Below are positions 1-12,130 of a DNA stretch of 64,000 nt, piece after piece. The stretch is from Gnetum montanum (taxonomy: Eukaryota; Plantae; Gnetophyta). The notes beneath the pieces were generated by a model. The model made no database searches. It saw only the letters and a list, made by a program, of their open reading frames with translations, and had not been told where the DNA came from. The position numbers were made by a program, and so were the translations under genes. The stretch covers positions 9,865-73,864 of the forward strand of contig MNCI01001980.1 in assembly GCA_015680685.1 (NCBI GenBank), read 5' to 3'. The first letter of the stretch is position 1. Every line of letters starts with the position of its first letter.

Positions 1-340
1 AGGAAAACGATGTAGACGGATTGCAACGGTGATAATGCTAAACNTCTCTGATTTTGCCAACTTTTGTATCTCTGTCAACTAAGGTATTTATGGGCCGCGA
101 CGCCTCGCAAAAAAGGCGCAACCCTGATGACGTGGGTCCCGGATATTGCGGGCCCTGTTGGCATGATCATTTTAAGTCAGGCTGTGACTACGCACAACAC
201 GCTCGTTTGCGTGTTGTGCGTGTGAAGAGCAGGCGCATGTTGAGCACACTTTAATTGCTTTCAGGCTGTATTACACTCATTCGCGTTGTGTTGCGTGTAT
301 GAGCATAATCTGGTGTAAAAACAATAAGCTCAAAATTGTT

Positions 341-489
341 TTACGCTCACTACGCAACTGCGCGTAACAAAGCGTAAATAATGTACAACTTACGCTCACT
401 ACGCAGCTGCGCGTAATGAAGCGTAAACAATGTATAGCTTACGCTCACTACGCAGCTGCGCGTGATGAAGCGTAAACAATGTGCAACTT
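341..489. repeat. Tandem repeat, 3 copies of a 49-bp CpG-rich unit (TTACGCTCACTACGCAGCTGCGCGTAATGAAGCGTAAACAATGTAYARC)
   Basis: TTACGCTCAC starts at 341, 390 and 439 (period 49); the units differ by a few substitutions. Confidence 0.95.
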
Positions 490-1239
490 GAATGATAACA
501 TACGCGATGGTACGCACCGCCGCGTAACGAGCATAAAGACAAGTTAATCATGCGCCACGAGAAAAAGCGTCAAACTGTTGCGCTTCTCTAGACTCTGCCT
601 TTGACTATTTTGGAGCTTATTACGCTCATTACGCTGCCATGCGTAATAGAGCGTAAACTTGTCCTGGAACAAAGCTGATGCGCGCTCTCGCTTGAATTGC
701 GAATCTTTGCCTGAGGCCGACTCGTAATTTTCACGGTGTTTCAGGTTCCATCCTGCACCAACTAAAGCGTCCACTTTGCTTGCCCCTTGGATTTGGCTGT
801 GGTGAAGAAGAACCTGGTATTTCTGTTGCCTTCCTTGAGCCAGCGAGACTATGCATGCTTGTTGCCTCTAGTATACTTCCTCTTCTGCAGATAGCTCCTA
901 TAACTTTTTGAGAACTATTTGCTCCTCCCCCTTAAGCTATGCCCCCAATTCTTTTTGTGCTTGGATCTTTGCAAGATGCTGTTGTAGGTCAAACCGAATG
1001 TTTTAGAAAGAAAATTTGTCCTCAAGTTGTTTTGAAATGGATGGCCCATTTGAGCTAGAGAAGGCCATCCTTGAGAAAATCTCATGGATCCCTTTGCATG
1101 GGATATTGCTCCAAAATTGCCTTCATGAGGGGTATCAAGCAAGGTTTCAATAACTAGGAGCATTGAAAACAAAATTTGGAAGGGGGGGAGTTTACTATTT
1201 CTAGGTCTTGCCCACTTGACAGATGATCGAATAGTGATC

Positions 1240-1880
1240 AAATGCTTGCCTCTCCTTCCCTGAAATGTGGACTTCTAAATCCATCAAAATGTTCGAGCTT
1301 ATCCATACCTTATCAATTTTGGACATCACTTAGTTCTTTCCTTGTCGCTTGTTGCTCCATGTGAAAAGGTAGTCCTTGATCCCCATGTTCACTAGGTCAT
1401 GGGAATCCATGAAAGACAGAAAATATTGGGAACTTGGAGGGTGTGTGTTGTCATTCCCAAATTTATCCCATGGATATAAGCATTGGTTGAAGTCACCCAC
1501 TAAGATCCATTGGTATTTGTTAGGTATCAACAATGTGATTCTCCTAAGCTCTTGTAGCCTTGCTTCCTAGTTCTATGTCCCATAGACATTGGTAAGCTAG
1601 AAACTAGGAGAAATGATGAAAATCATTATGCTCCAGGTGGATGAGTCCACCAAATTGAAGGGCAATTGCAAAAGGATGGCCAAGATGCCTACCTTACCAT
1701 GACAGGCAACCAACTGTGTTTGCCATCTAACCCACCATAAAAGTGGGATTTTGTATGCTGCAATTTTCTTTTGCAAACATACCACGTTGCAATCTTCACT
1801 CCGGATACTCTCTTTTATGGTATTTCTTTTGTAGGGCGTACCTTGATCCCTACTGTTCCAGGATAGGATCCTTATGGCCT
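1240..1880 (-). pseudogene. LINE ORF2 endonuclease domain, degenerate
   Basis: ORF 1330-1533 reads WILVGDFNQ...FTWSNKRQG. The upstream start region reads MRILSWN-like near 1855-1875. Confidence 0.85.
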
Positions 1881-2271
1881 ACTAGTCAACCATTTCTTAT
1901 AGACCTCTTTCAAGGTTATCTAAAGTTCCAAATCAATTTCTAGTTATGTCTTCTTCATGCAAGCGACTAGTATTAGGGGCTTGCCAGCCTTCCTTGACCC
2001 TGGTGAGACTATAAAAGTGCCAAAACCCTCCACAGTAGGTACCGAGATCTCGGCCATTTTGGGGCATTAAAGGTGGGAGATCCATCCCCCTTCCTTGTTG
2101 GAGTGGAATCTAGAGAATGGGAGGTGCTTCGAGCCATGGGATAGCCACCTTTTGGGGATCCAATCCCAGTAGGAATCACTATGGATTAGGTTCTAGTGTG
2201 GGAACCACAATGGGAGCAGGTTTCGGTGCACGATGCCCACGTCGCCCCACCCCCATCCATCCCTCCTCACC

Positions 2272-2936
2272 CTACTTGGAAGGTGTTGGTGCCTTGGCTT
2301 GAACCATGCATGCACCTGCTAGATGGTTTGCTTTCCCACAAATGGCACAACCAAAGCCTGTCTGGTCTGTGCGTGGTTTATCTACAAGGATGTCTTTATA
2401 CTTCACTAGGACCACCTCTTCCCTAGATGGAAGGTCCAAGACCACCTCTTGCACAAGGTCTCTTGAGGACAACAATCTCCAAACACAGAAATGGACGAAG
2501 CCCATTCGTTCCATAGAACCAATAAACTTATCAAACGTAATGACCTCTCCAAAAAACCTTGGAGGGTTTTCAAAAAGTCAGGTGTCCACATCTCCCATGG
2601 GATGCTCGCTACCTGGATCCATATAGGCACACAGGAAAAAACGTCCCAATCCCTATGCCTCCCTAGGTGCCAAGGGGTTAACACCATGCCTTGAGCTTCA
2701 TAAAACCATGGCCCCCAAGAGAACTTTGTCACGGTTAGCAGCAAACCAGAAGACAAAGAAGAGTAATTCTGCAAGAGACTACGTACATTGATCTCCCTTA
2801 AGCCCCAAGTTGTAACTACCCATTTCTTGATTAGATCTAGCTTAGGTCTTGCTCTAATTGATACGAACTTACCTATCAAACTCCACTCCATCATCTGGAC
2901 ACCCTTGCATGGCAGTTGTCGAACTTGAAAATGCAT
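2272..2936 (-). pseudogene. LINE ORF1 (DUF4283-like plus CCHC zinc knuckle), frameshifted
   Basis: Overlapping ORFs 2406-2936 and 2272-2514 each carry part of the motif set. Confidence 0.85.
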
Positions 2937-3719
2937 GGTACCTTCCCATTAGGAACAATCCTCAATACCCCCATCGCCTGGCCGCTAGCCTACCAAGTCT
3001 CCACCCAGCACTATCCTCCCTTCCTTGGTCCCCTCGTCAATTCCTTCACTAGTGCTTTTTCTTCCACCCTATCTCGTGAGGCCACTAAGGTCGTCCTCAA
3101 TGGACCCAAGGTGTGAGGATTCACATAACCTGCTGTTCAATCCGCCATCTGTTACTCTACCCACAACCCATCCAACAGTGTTTGCATTGGCACTAGTGCC
3201 CATTCCTGCACTTGCTCCCTCACTTGCTCCTGTTCCTACTCCAATTTTGTCCTCCCTCTTGTTCCTTGGTTTGATACAATTGCCTTAACAACATTAATTG
3301 AAATAACCTTAGGTTTGAAGGAGGGAAAGGAAAAATGAAGTGATAATTTTCCACTTATAGATTCTGCAATTGGAAAGAAAATATTAGCACAATGGATTAA
3401 TGGAATAGAAACAACACCAACCAAACATTTGAAGCCATAATGAAAATGGGAAATTGAAAGCAAGTCACAAGCCCCTACTTAATTGGGGCAAACCTTTAAG
3501 AAATCAAGTCCATTACCTTACATCTCACTTGATACATGTGGTTACTTATAAGCTAGACTAAGATTCATCGAACTTGGATTATTCTCTAATCACCTAGAAA
3601 CTTTTTAAATCGTTTGGTTTATAATAATGACATTGTTATCCATTTCAACAATCACCTTCACAAAACATAAGGGAGCTAGCCCCTCTAAAGCATCATGTTG
3701 TTGCTGCACTGCCAGATAC

Positions 3720-4085
3720 AAACAAAGGATAGGCGGTTGGGGAGATTATCACTGAAGTGGCGAAGTGGGCGCACACTGAAGAGTGGCTTTTTTGGGAAGC
3801 AAAGTGGGTAGTACATGAAGAGGTGTTCCAGAGGCAATTGTGGGGTATGGAGATGAGACACGATGAAAGGGTTCGAGAAGCAAGGTGATAGTGGGATTTG
3901 GCTAAGGCAGCAGCTAGGGTGAGTATGGAGGAGGAGATTTGTAGGCAACTTAGAGAGGAATTTCTGCAGGAGGAACAAGGCCTAATTAGTTAGGAGTAGG
4001 AGCAGCAATAGTAGCAAGAATGAGATAGGAGGGAAGCTGAAGAGATGCAGAGGCAGCAAAAACTTGCATACGAGCACATCACTAG
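3720..4085 (+). pseudogene. Degenerate coiled-coil coding fragment homologous to the C-terminal extension of the LINE at 6000-6400
   Basis: Reading through stops gives WEAKWVVHEEVFQRQ...ICRQLREEFLQEEQ, versus WEVKWCTQEEAFQHA...LRIQIKEELQHEEEQ on the - strand at 6100-6330. Confidence 0.6.
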
Positions 4086-4409
4086 TGTTTGGCTTCGCGG
4101 GCGTAAATGACCGTACATTATTATGAACATCAATCGTAGTGTTTCATGGTAGGAACTTAGGCGATTTATCAAGAAAATTTTGGCTAAGTTGCACCTGGAT
4201 GGGAAAGGTGATGCGGCAACCTAGGTCGGTAAAGAAGAATGGTTCCCTCACTTCTAGTTTGTGTCATAGTTTTCTAACTACATTTTTCTTGTTTCTGGAT
4301 TATTCTTTCAGTGATCGCCTTTTTAAAATCTGTTTTCGTTTTCATTTTCAACAAGTGGAATTTTTGTGAGTGCTAGCTTTGAAGTTTAGTTTTAAATTCA
4401 GATGTCAAC

Positions 4410-4960
4410 AGTCATTTCAAGGGTTCCAGGTAATTGTGATATTGAATTAAACAATCGGTAAAGCAGTTTAAATTTTCAGACGTTCTGCCATTTTCCTTAT
4501 GATGTTTCATAACCTCAATTAAATTTTGGGCCGTTCTGTAATTCGGAAATGTAATTTCAAGAGTTATTTTCCTTATGATGTTTCATAACCTCAATTAAAT
4601 TTTGGGCCGTTCTGTAATTCGGAAATGTAATTTCAAGAGTTTTAAGTAACTATGATATTGAATTAATCAATTAGTAATGCAGTTCTTGTGATGTTTAGTA
4701 ACCTCAATTAAATGTTGTAAATCTCAATTGTAATTTCAAGAGTTCTAGGTAATTGTGATATTGAATCAACCAATCAGTAACGCAGCTCTCACGGTTTAAC
4801 CATCAGTAAAGTTCCCTGTGATGTTTCATAGCTTCAATTAAATTTTGGGTAGTTCCGTAAATCTCAAATGTAATTTCAAGGGTTTGAGGTAATCATGATA
4901 TTGAATCAGTAATGCAGTTTTAAAAGTTCAAGCAAGAGTTATAATGTTCCGTAACTTCAA
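4410..4960. repeat. Degenerate tandem array, including an exact 76-bp-period duplication (4491-4641)
   Basis: TTTTCCTTATGATGTTTCATAACCTCAATTAAATTTTGGGCCG...CAAGAGTT starts at 4491 and 4567. The motif TGTAATTTCAAGAGTT..TGATATTGAAT recurs about 4-5 times. Confidence 0.9.
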
Positions 4961-5989
4961 GTAAATTTTCGTCAAATAAAACTCTTTCTGTGAGTGCGAC
5001 AACTTGAAAGAGAGAGACTGCTTTTGTGAGCATAGAAGAGCATAGGGCTACACTTGATGCCGTACACTCCTGCGTGCATGCCGCTTGTAGGTGCAGGCAC
5101 CTGCCCCATCACTTATAATTTGGCTTTCTTTAGGGTGTTAGGATTTGTCCTGGGTTTTTGCTTTTTGGACACTGTGATGCTGGATTCTTTTGTTGTTGGT
5201 CTATTATGATGTCAGTTGGGGATGGGGCCTTCTTTTGTTTCCTTAGTTGCTAGTATGGTATGAGCAGGTCCTGATTAGTACTTTTTGTTTCTGGGTTAGC
5301 CTCAATCCAAAGAGGGCAAGAGGGCATCTCTTCGAGTTGAATTGAGGGCAAGTTTCATTGTGGCTAGGTGAAGGTATGTTGGTTTGCAATATATGTTAAT
5401 AACCACAAATGATCCAAACATCATAAATTACGTATCATGCATAGATCTGATCATGAAAATTAAAATCTAACTAAACTGAATTGTCCACTCCAACCCATCA
5501 ATCTACAAACAAAAGAGCTAGCATGTATTGCACTAAGTTTTAAATGTGATTTTTTTTTTTGAGAAAATGTTCGGGATTATATTACTAAACAATGTGAATA
5601 GACTATACAATCGAGATATGTTTTATACATTGTGTGAAGGGAGGCCAGACCATTGGCCCCAAAAGTCTTTCAAAGACAGAAACCCTACCCAACCAGCAAC
5701 CATCAAAACTCAGGGCCCCACAAGTTGCCCCACAAGCATCCAACAACCAAGAGATAGAACAAAAGAAACTTAAAACATTCCATGGGACCCTTAGATCCCC
5801 CCAAGCTATAGACACACTACAAACATTTGGGCAGATTTAGACAAGCACAATCAAGGACTTCCTAATTATGGATATCATTCAACACCTCGCGATGGTGCTC
5901 TGAATCCACAAAAGTGGCTGCTTGCTGGAAGTCTTTGAAAGCAATCTCTTTCCTAGCAAAGAGTCGACCATGTTGTATCTCTGTGAATA

Positions 5990-7240
5990 TTTAGCACCAG
6001 GTAAGGGTATTGCCCATTTCTTAACCACATCCTGGGGTTTTGGGCATGTGCTCTGTCTAGCTGCCTTTGCAGCTATTCCACTTCCTCTTGTTTCGAACCC
6101 TGGCAACCTGCTCTAGCTGCTCCCACTTTTGCTGCTCCTCCTCCTCATGTTGTAGCTCCTCCTTGATTTGGATCCTCAGTTCATCAATTAGTGTTGTCCT
6201 AGTTCGCTCTTCATGGAGTGCATGTTGTTGTATTAGCTTTTTTTCTCTCCCTGAACTGGGCTTCTAGTTGAGCTTACGCATGTTGAAATGCCTCCTCTTG
6301 GGTGCACCACTTGACTTCCCAAACCCTTCGCACATTTTTTCTGGCCTTTTCTGCTGCCTCCTCTGCTACATGCAATAGCTTAGTTGACGCATCCCGCTCC
6401 ACCATTGTGTTAGTATCGTTCCAAGCATCAGTGACATGCATTGCCATTATTGGCATGTTCTGACCCTCAATGACACTGAATAATAGCCCCTCGCCATGGC
6501 ACCAACCGACAAGAGTAAACAAATTTACAAGGTGGTGTAGGCCCCTGCAATGGGCCCAGAAATGTGGCCTACCACAACACTAGAATTAAGCTTGAGTGTC
6601 AAGCTCTACATTGTTCACGTAGCGACTCCAGAAAGAACTTGGGCAAATTCACACAACACCCAAGTTGCATGCACTTCAACAATGTGAAGTGTGTGCTCTA
6701 GAGTTTGGAAACATTTTTAGATTGGACTAAAGAATGGTCCACAAGTTTAGCCACCTGTCTCTAGATTAGTGGCAATGCCGACTTTGGCACTTGGCCACTA
6801 CTAGTACATGGCACCACACCATTGAAAAACATTTCGACATCTTGTAGTCCACGCCCCATCGGCAACATTGTTTCTCCCATGGCTAGGGTCCCTAGGCACA
6901 TTGCCAATGTTGCCTCTGTAAGCAAAATTTGAATGCCATGAAAAATGGTAACTTCCCCATTCCAATTAGTGAAAAAAGAATCCACTAATGCTGGATCCCC
7001 TTCCAAAAGGGGTAGAACCTCATCCCACCCGACTCTCTCCACTAGCCGCCATAGCTCCTGGTTAGCGTAGTAGGTTGCGCAAGGTGGCTCAAAAGTTGGC
7101 GTCACTCCCATGGCTACCATCACTTCCTGCCACACACAAGGAACTTGGAATGCAACCTGCACTGGTGGTGGAGCCCATTGTGGTCTAAAAATAGCATAGT
7201 TCCGAATCTTCCATACCTCCCAAAGTATTATTGTTGCCTT
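5990..7240 (-). pseudogene. In-frame C-terminal extension of LINE ORF2: Transposase_32/plant-mobile-domain-like region plus coiled coil
   Basis: IILWEVWKIRNYAIFRPQWAPPPVQVAFQVP is continuous with ORF 6761-7162 (VGWDEVLPLLEGDPALVDSFFTNWNGEVTIFHGIQILLTEATLAMCLG). The same frame continues past TAG stops to CVNLPKFFLESLREQC. The domain identity is from motif resemblance only. Confidence 0.7.
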
Positions 7241-7717
7241 TGAATCCTTGATTAAGCTTATAGGCCCATGTAAATCTATAGCCTACCAAGTGTCCTGCAC
7301 CTAAAGGCATTGATAGGAAAAATGTAGCATCATCTCGGGGTTAACAAAACATAATGGACATTCGTCATTAATCCATAACCCCTACTGCCTCAGAACCATG
7401 CACATGGGAAGAGCATCATGAGCAATGATCCAAAGGAAGGTCTTGATTTTGTTTGCTAACCAACCTTGCCAAATGTTCTTCCAACCTTCCACCAGCAGAT
7501 ATTGCTCTTGAATCATACACCACAGAGGCTCCCCTAGCAGACCTTGCACTAGCACAAATTGTGCATGTTTGCAAAGTGTCTTCCACATTAGTGAGTCATG
7601 TGGGCCCACTCCTAGCACCTATACTTCCATTCCATTATTCTGATCCATTGGGCAGCCCTTCCTGATTTTGCAATAATCGCGTTATCAACCATTGATGACC
7701 CACCATGAGTTCATCTT

Positions 7718-8593
7718 TGATGAGCGACAAGGTACCCCTACACCCAACCATATGAATCACAAGTGTTCATACACGATTTGGTCGAATTCCGTGGATAAGA
7801 CTAGTTGTGCGTCTAAATCATTATGCCTTGATCACAATTCACTATCTTCCTACTTGGACTAGTGGTAGCTTTGTCACGTATGGTTTAGTCTAGAGTGAGG
7901 CATATGATTCTTGATGTTGTTTGGCCCTACGCTACTCCTAATGATAATAAAGAGATTAATTAATTAAGCTGATTAACAATGAAAAGCAAAGTCTAAACTA
8001 GCCTACATGTGATGAGTATCTGTTCCTAATCGTCTGCACATGCCTTGGACTTTGCGTAACTACCGTTGGGATTACCAAGCATACGTCATTGGGATTACCA
8101 AACAATACACTACTGGGTTACCAAGTAATTACACTGAAGCACTTGCGATTAGTCATACTCATTCTGCTTAATGAAAGGAATAATAAAGAGCAATAAATGG
8201 AAACATTAACTAAGGAAAATAGTAAACAATTAAACAATTAAAAACAATAATAAAGCTAAGTAGATGTTGCAATGATGGAAGTAATCTCAATTTTTATTGT
8301 CAGACATGCAACGTGTCCAAGTACGTCACACTTAAATAAGGATGTTGTACAATCACTTAACATCGCACTGCAAGCATGCATTAGAAACTAACAAAGCTTG
8401 AAATAAAAAATCTATGAATCTAACTCTATCTTCTCTATTTCTTCTATGTCTTAACCATGCACCCAAGTGTGGTATTTATAGGCACACATGGAAGAGGTGA
8501 TATCAGATGTCTGACATCAGAGGTTGTGCCCCAATATTGGATACTCGACGTTGTGGCTCCGATATCGGATGCTATGCAAAACATGACTCATCA
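7718..8593 (-). repeat. 3' LTR of Athila-type element 1 (876 bp)
   Basis: Direct repeat of 15855-16744. The adjacent PPT reads ...CTTGAGGACAAG...GTGGGGGTA on the - strand. Confidence 0.95.
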
Positions 8594-8789
8594 TACCCCC
8601 ACGACTGAATAAAAACTTGTCCTCAAGTTAAACAAAATGAGGAACAAGCTCTTTACAAAAGATTGGGAAGGTATGGGATTATTGATTGACTTAAATAAAT
8701 ACACAAATTGACTCTTTTATGCCACAGTGATGTTTTGCAAAAATTATGGACACAACATGACAAGACACAAAATTGGGGGAGCTCATGTA

Positions 8790-11498
8790 GTTCTTGGAGG
8801 CGGTGGCTCTTCCATTAGTTGCTTCCCTTTGTCACCAAGCTTCTAAATTTTTGTAGCGGTTTAGGAGCACCTCTTTTCCTCCTCCATTCCTGGGTCATGT
8901 ACTGTCTAGGCTGCTAAGTCGATGTGTGCTGGAACCAGCACATCCCATGGACATGGTAGCTACAGACACATCTTATTTGCTTTCACATACCAAGTTGCAA
9001 ACTATTGTTGTTCCTTCTCGAAGGCCTTGGCATTTTCTTTTAATTTATGATGATCCATCAATCTCCTGGCCAAGTTTGAGGCTATATCTTTTTGTCCATG
9101 GTAGTGGGCCCTAATTATCTCCAATTCTGAGTTTGCCACGTTGGAGTTTTTGTAGAGCACTTTTCATGTCTGCAAACTCTTTTTCATATAGTGCCTAGCT
9201 AGCTACTACTTGTTGCTCTATCTCATTTCTAGGTCAACGTATTGTTAACATGGCAAGGTTGGCATATCGAAGGTTAGCCAATTCCATGTATTCCTTTAAA
9301 TCATCAATCTGCAGGTCCTTATTCTTCACTTCCGCTTGATGGACCAAGGCATAGCTATTCAAGATTGGCTACCAGTTAGGATTTTGCATTGACATGGAAC
9401 TAATGAAGGCCTTTGCCATTTGGATCTCTTTTTCATTAATTTGCTTGTACATGTCAATTTGGTCTCGGAAGTGCTCCTTTAGCTTTTCATGTTTCTTGGC
9501 CTCGTTTTGCCATGCACTTATCTCAATTGTAGATTTTTGACATATCGCATGCACCTCCTACATTGAGAAGGTTCGATTTTCTTTGGCCAATCTATTGATG
9601 TCTTAGTTGACCCTCACCAGTTGTTCTCTCAACTAGTGGACACTTTCTTCCAAGATATTTTTCTACTTCTCTACAATGGTCAACTTTGCATTATTTGCAA
9701 CAAGTTGTTTATTCTCTTCTTGTGTGACAATCAATGCCTTTGCATGGGCATATGCTTGAGCTTTAGCAGCTAAGGCATTCCAAATTGCCCTCTTCTTCTC
9801 TTGCTTAGCAACTTTGTTCTGTTCAATTACTTGGTTTAGCTGCTTCGTTCGAAATTGTTCTAGTTGGTCAAGCACGACAAATTAGGCAGGGTCCTATCTT
9901 TCAGCTCTTAGGGCAGCTAGCTCTTGTCGTAGTTGATGCACTTCTGTTTCTACATGCTTTGCCCTAGTCTCTGCCATGACCAACTTCTCTTTTGTGGCAA
10001 TGAGGTTTGACTGCATTGCAGTGACATCACTAGGGATGTTAAAAAGAGTTGTCATCATTTGTGCAGTCTGCAGCAGTCTATCAAGTACATCCTCATGGGC
10101 TGCAGGAGTCATTGAAGTCCTAGCTAGCATTTGGGCATCTTTGGTCCCAATCAAGTTCACTGGGGGCACAACATGCACATTGAAAGATTCTTTGATATGA
10201 TCTGTTATTACCTCTGTAGTGCCTACTGCATCTTGGTGTTGCATGACCACAATAGTAGCACCTTCTCCTATTTCGAGCATTACTTGAACAGATGCGATGT
10301 TACCAGAGATCTGTTGTGACCACTAGGCTTCTCCTCTTGATTGTAAAGAAATTTGCCTCCTTGATGGATTGGTAGAAACAATGGGTTGCATCGCATCATT
10401 GATAACTCGGAAGAGGTTTGATTTGTCCCTACTTCTACAACTAAGAGTTTCAACAATGCGTTGCAAATGGCTCATTGCGGGCTAGTAATCTTGTGGCGGT
10501 GGTAGTGGAACTTGTGGCTTATGCGGCTGCTCAAGCTCTTGCTCTATTTCCTTTTTTGGTTTTGGCTCCTTTTCTGTTTCTTGTTTTTCACCAAGGTCTT
10601 TCCTTAGTGCTGCAGATTTAAGCAACTCAGCAAACGAAGCATTTTGAGCCCTCCTGGACATGTCATTGGTGTATCCCAGGATTCTAGCATGCTTGCACAA
10701 CTTCCTGATTAGGCAAGGGAATGGAAGTGTTGGCCTCCCTACCTTCTTTTCTTCGAACCACCTTTGGATTTCCATGAAGCACATTTGGGAAAGATTGGCA
10801 TTGTATTTGCCCATTAATATTGCACTTCCCCTAGCCGCATGAGTTGATATTGTATTGAGCCCTTTAGTTGGGAAGAGGTGATATGTGTCTATTTTGAAAT
10901 AAGTTCTCTCTTCTAGAGTCAACTTGTATGTTTTATTGTCTTTATTATACGCCCGCTTTAGCCACAACTTTCTTGTTTCTGGATTGAACCTTGTGGACAG
11001 ATGCACCAACTTGCCCCCCACATTTGGTAGATTCAAAGCCTCTGCGATTGCCTTGATTGAAAAAGAAATAGTGACTCCATCAATGTTGACTATGGTGCCT
11101 TGTTTCTTGTTATGCCAAAATTGGTACGTCTCATTGAGGATGTGCGATAATGGTAACACCAGGAGTTGAGTTTGAACTGCCTCAGGAGCAAATGCCATAA
11201 ATGGACCAAAGTTCATTTCCACGATGACTATTCTTAACATCGATTTCTCTTGGATGGCTTCAAGGCATTCTTGGAACAACATGAGGCTTTGTCCTTGTAT
11301 TGGAGCTTGTGGTTTTGTAGCCTTGCCTTAGATTGATTGCCCTGTAACAAGAGCCTCTTGATGAATGCTGAATGATTGGGCCTCCTATTCTTCATGTTTA
11401 GCTGGTGGGCCATGTTCTCCTAGTCAGCCTCTACCACTTCTTAGGCATTTGGTTGCACCTTGCGAAGGTCCTTCTTGTCCTCCTCTTTTTGGGGCCAT
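8790..11498 (-). pseudogene. Athila accessory ('env-like'/Transposase_32-like) ORF with a long C-terminal coiled coil, broken by stops
   Basis: Starts MAPKRGG at 11498. ORF 10482-11282 has IDGVTISFSIKAIAEALNLP and LPFPCLIRKLCKHARI. Coiled-coil fragments at 9369-10280. Homologue at 45270-48905. Confidence 0.8.
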
Positions 11499-12049
11499 CT
11501 GCAATCAATCAAGGGTTTGATGTTATTAAGGTGTTGTTATTTATCATTAACAAGTTTATACCTTACTCATGACCTTAGTTCCATTAAGTTCTTTTAGTTC
11601 ATATGATTGCAGAGTTAGAAAAATTTTCAGAAAAATGCCCAAAAAGTGTTAACTTCTTTTATGACCCTTCGCAATTGGCTTCTTTTTCCTTATGTATGGC
11701 TTATCATGATGGTTATGGTACCTTAGGTGAGAAAATTAAAGGGCCTAGCATTCATACAATTGATTGTTCATTAAAACACTTAAGGTTTTTAACATTCTTA
11801 CCCTTATAATACCTTCTAGGTGATAGCAAATTTTGAAAAATCAGCGCAAGTTTTCCATGCAAGCACCCTCCCTCGACTAAATTGAACACGCTAGATTCAA
11901 ATAGGTTCAAAAACCACAAAAATTGGAGCAATATGGAGCAAAATATCCCAAGTGGAAGTTGATTGCGCATAGCTCTTAGTTGCAAGAGAAAAATTCAAAA
12001 ACTCCCTAGCTACAAATGATGATAATGGATTTTGGAACATCGTGGGGTT

Positions 12050-12130
12050 TCAATATATAGTTTTGATGGACCCGATATTAGGTATTTGATGTTGAGTCTA
12101 ACCTGATATCAGATAGTCGGTATCATGGTG
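12050..12130 (-). promoter_or_regulatory. Putative internal promoter for the accessory ORF (GATATC-like array followed by TATA)
   Basis: On the - strand, GATATC/GATATT repeats precede CTATATATTG, mirroring the LTR U3 layout. The same arrangement occurs at 49400-49510. Confidence 0.5.

Larger units (their letters stand above)
790..3285 (-). mobile_element. L1-clade LINE, 5' portion only (ORF1 plus APE endonuclease), degenerate
   Basis: ORF1 pieces LIGKF, GPWFY, PIWIQ..IPWEMW (DUF4283-like) and zinc knuckle CAICGKANHLAGAC. Endonuclease motifs ILVGDFNQ, FTWSNKRQG and SKIDKV. Clearly similar to the LINE at 16750-20530. No RT follows. Ends are approximate. Confidence 0.9.

Noticed and set aside
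341-489. CRISPR-like array
   Set aside because: The units are contiguous with no unique spacers, there are no cas genes, and the context is eukaryotic.
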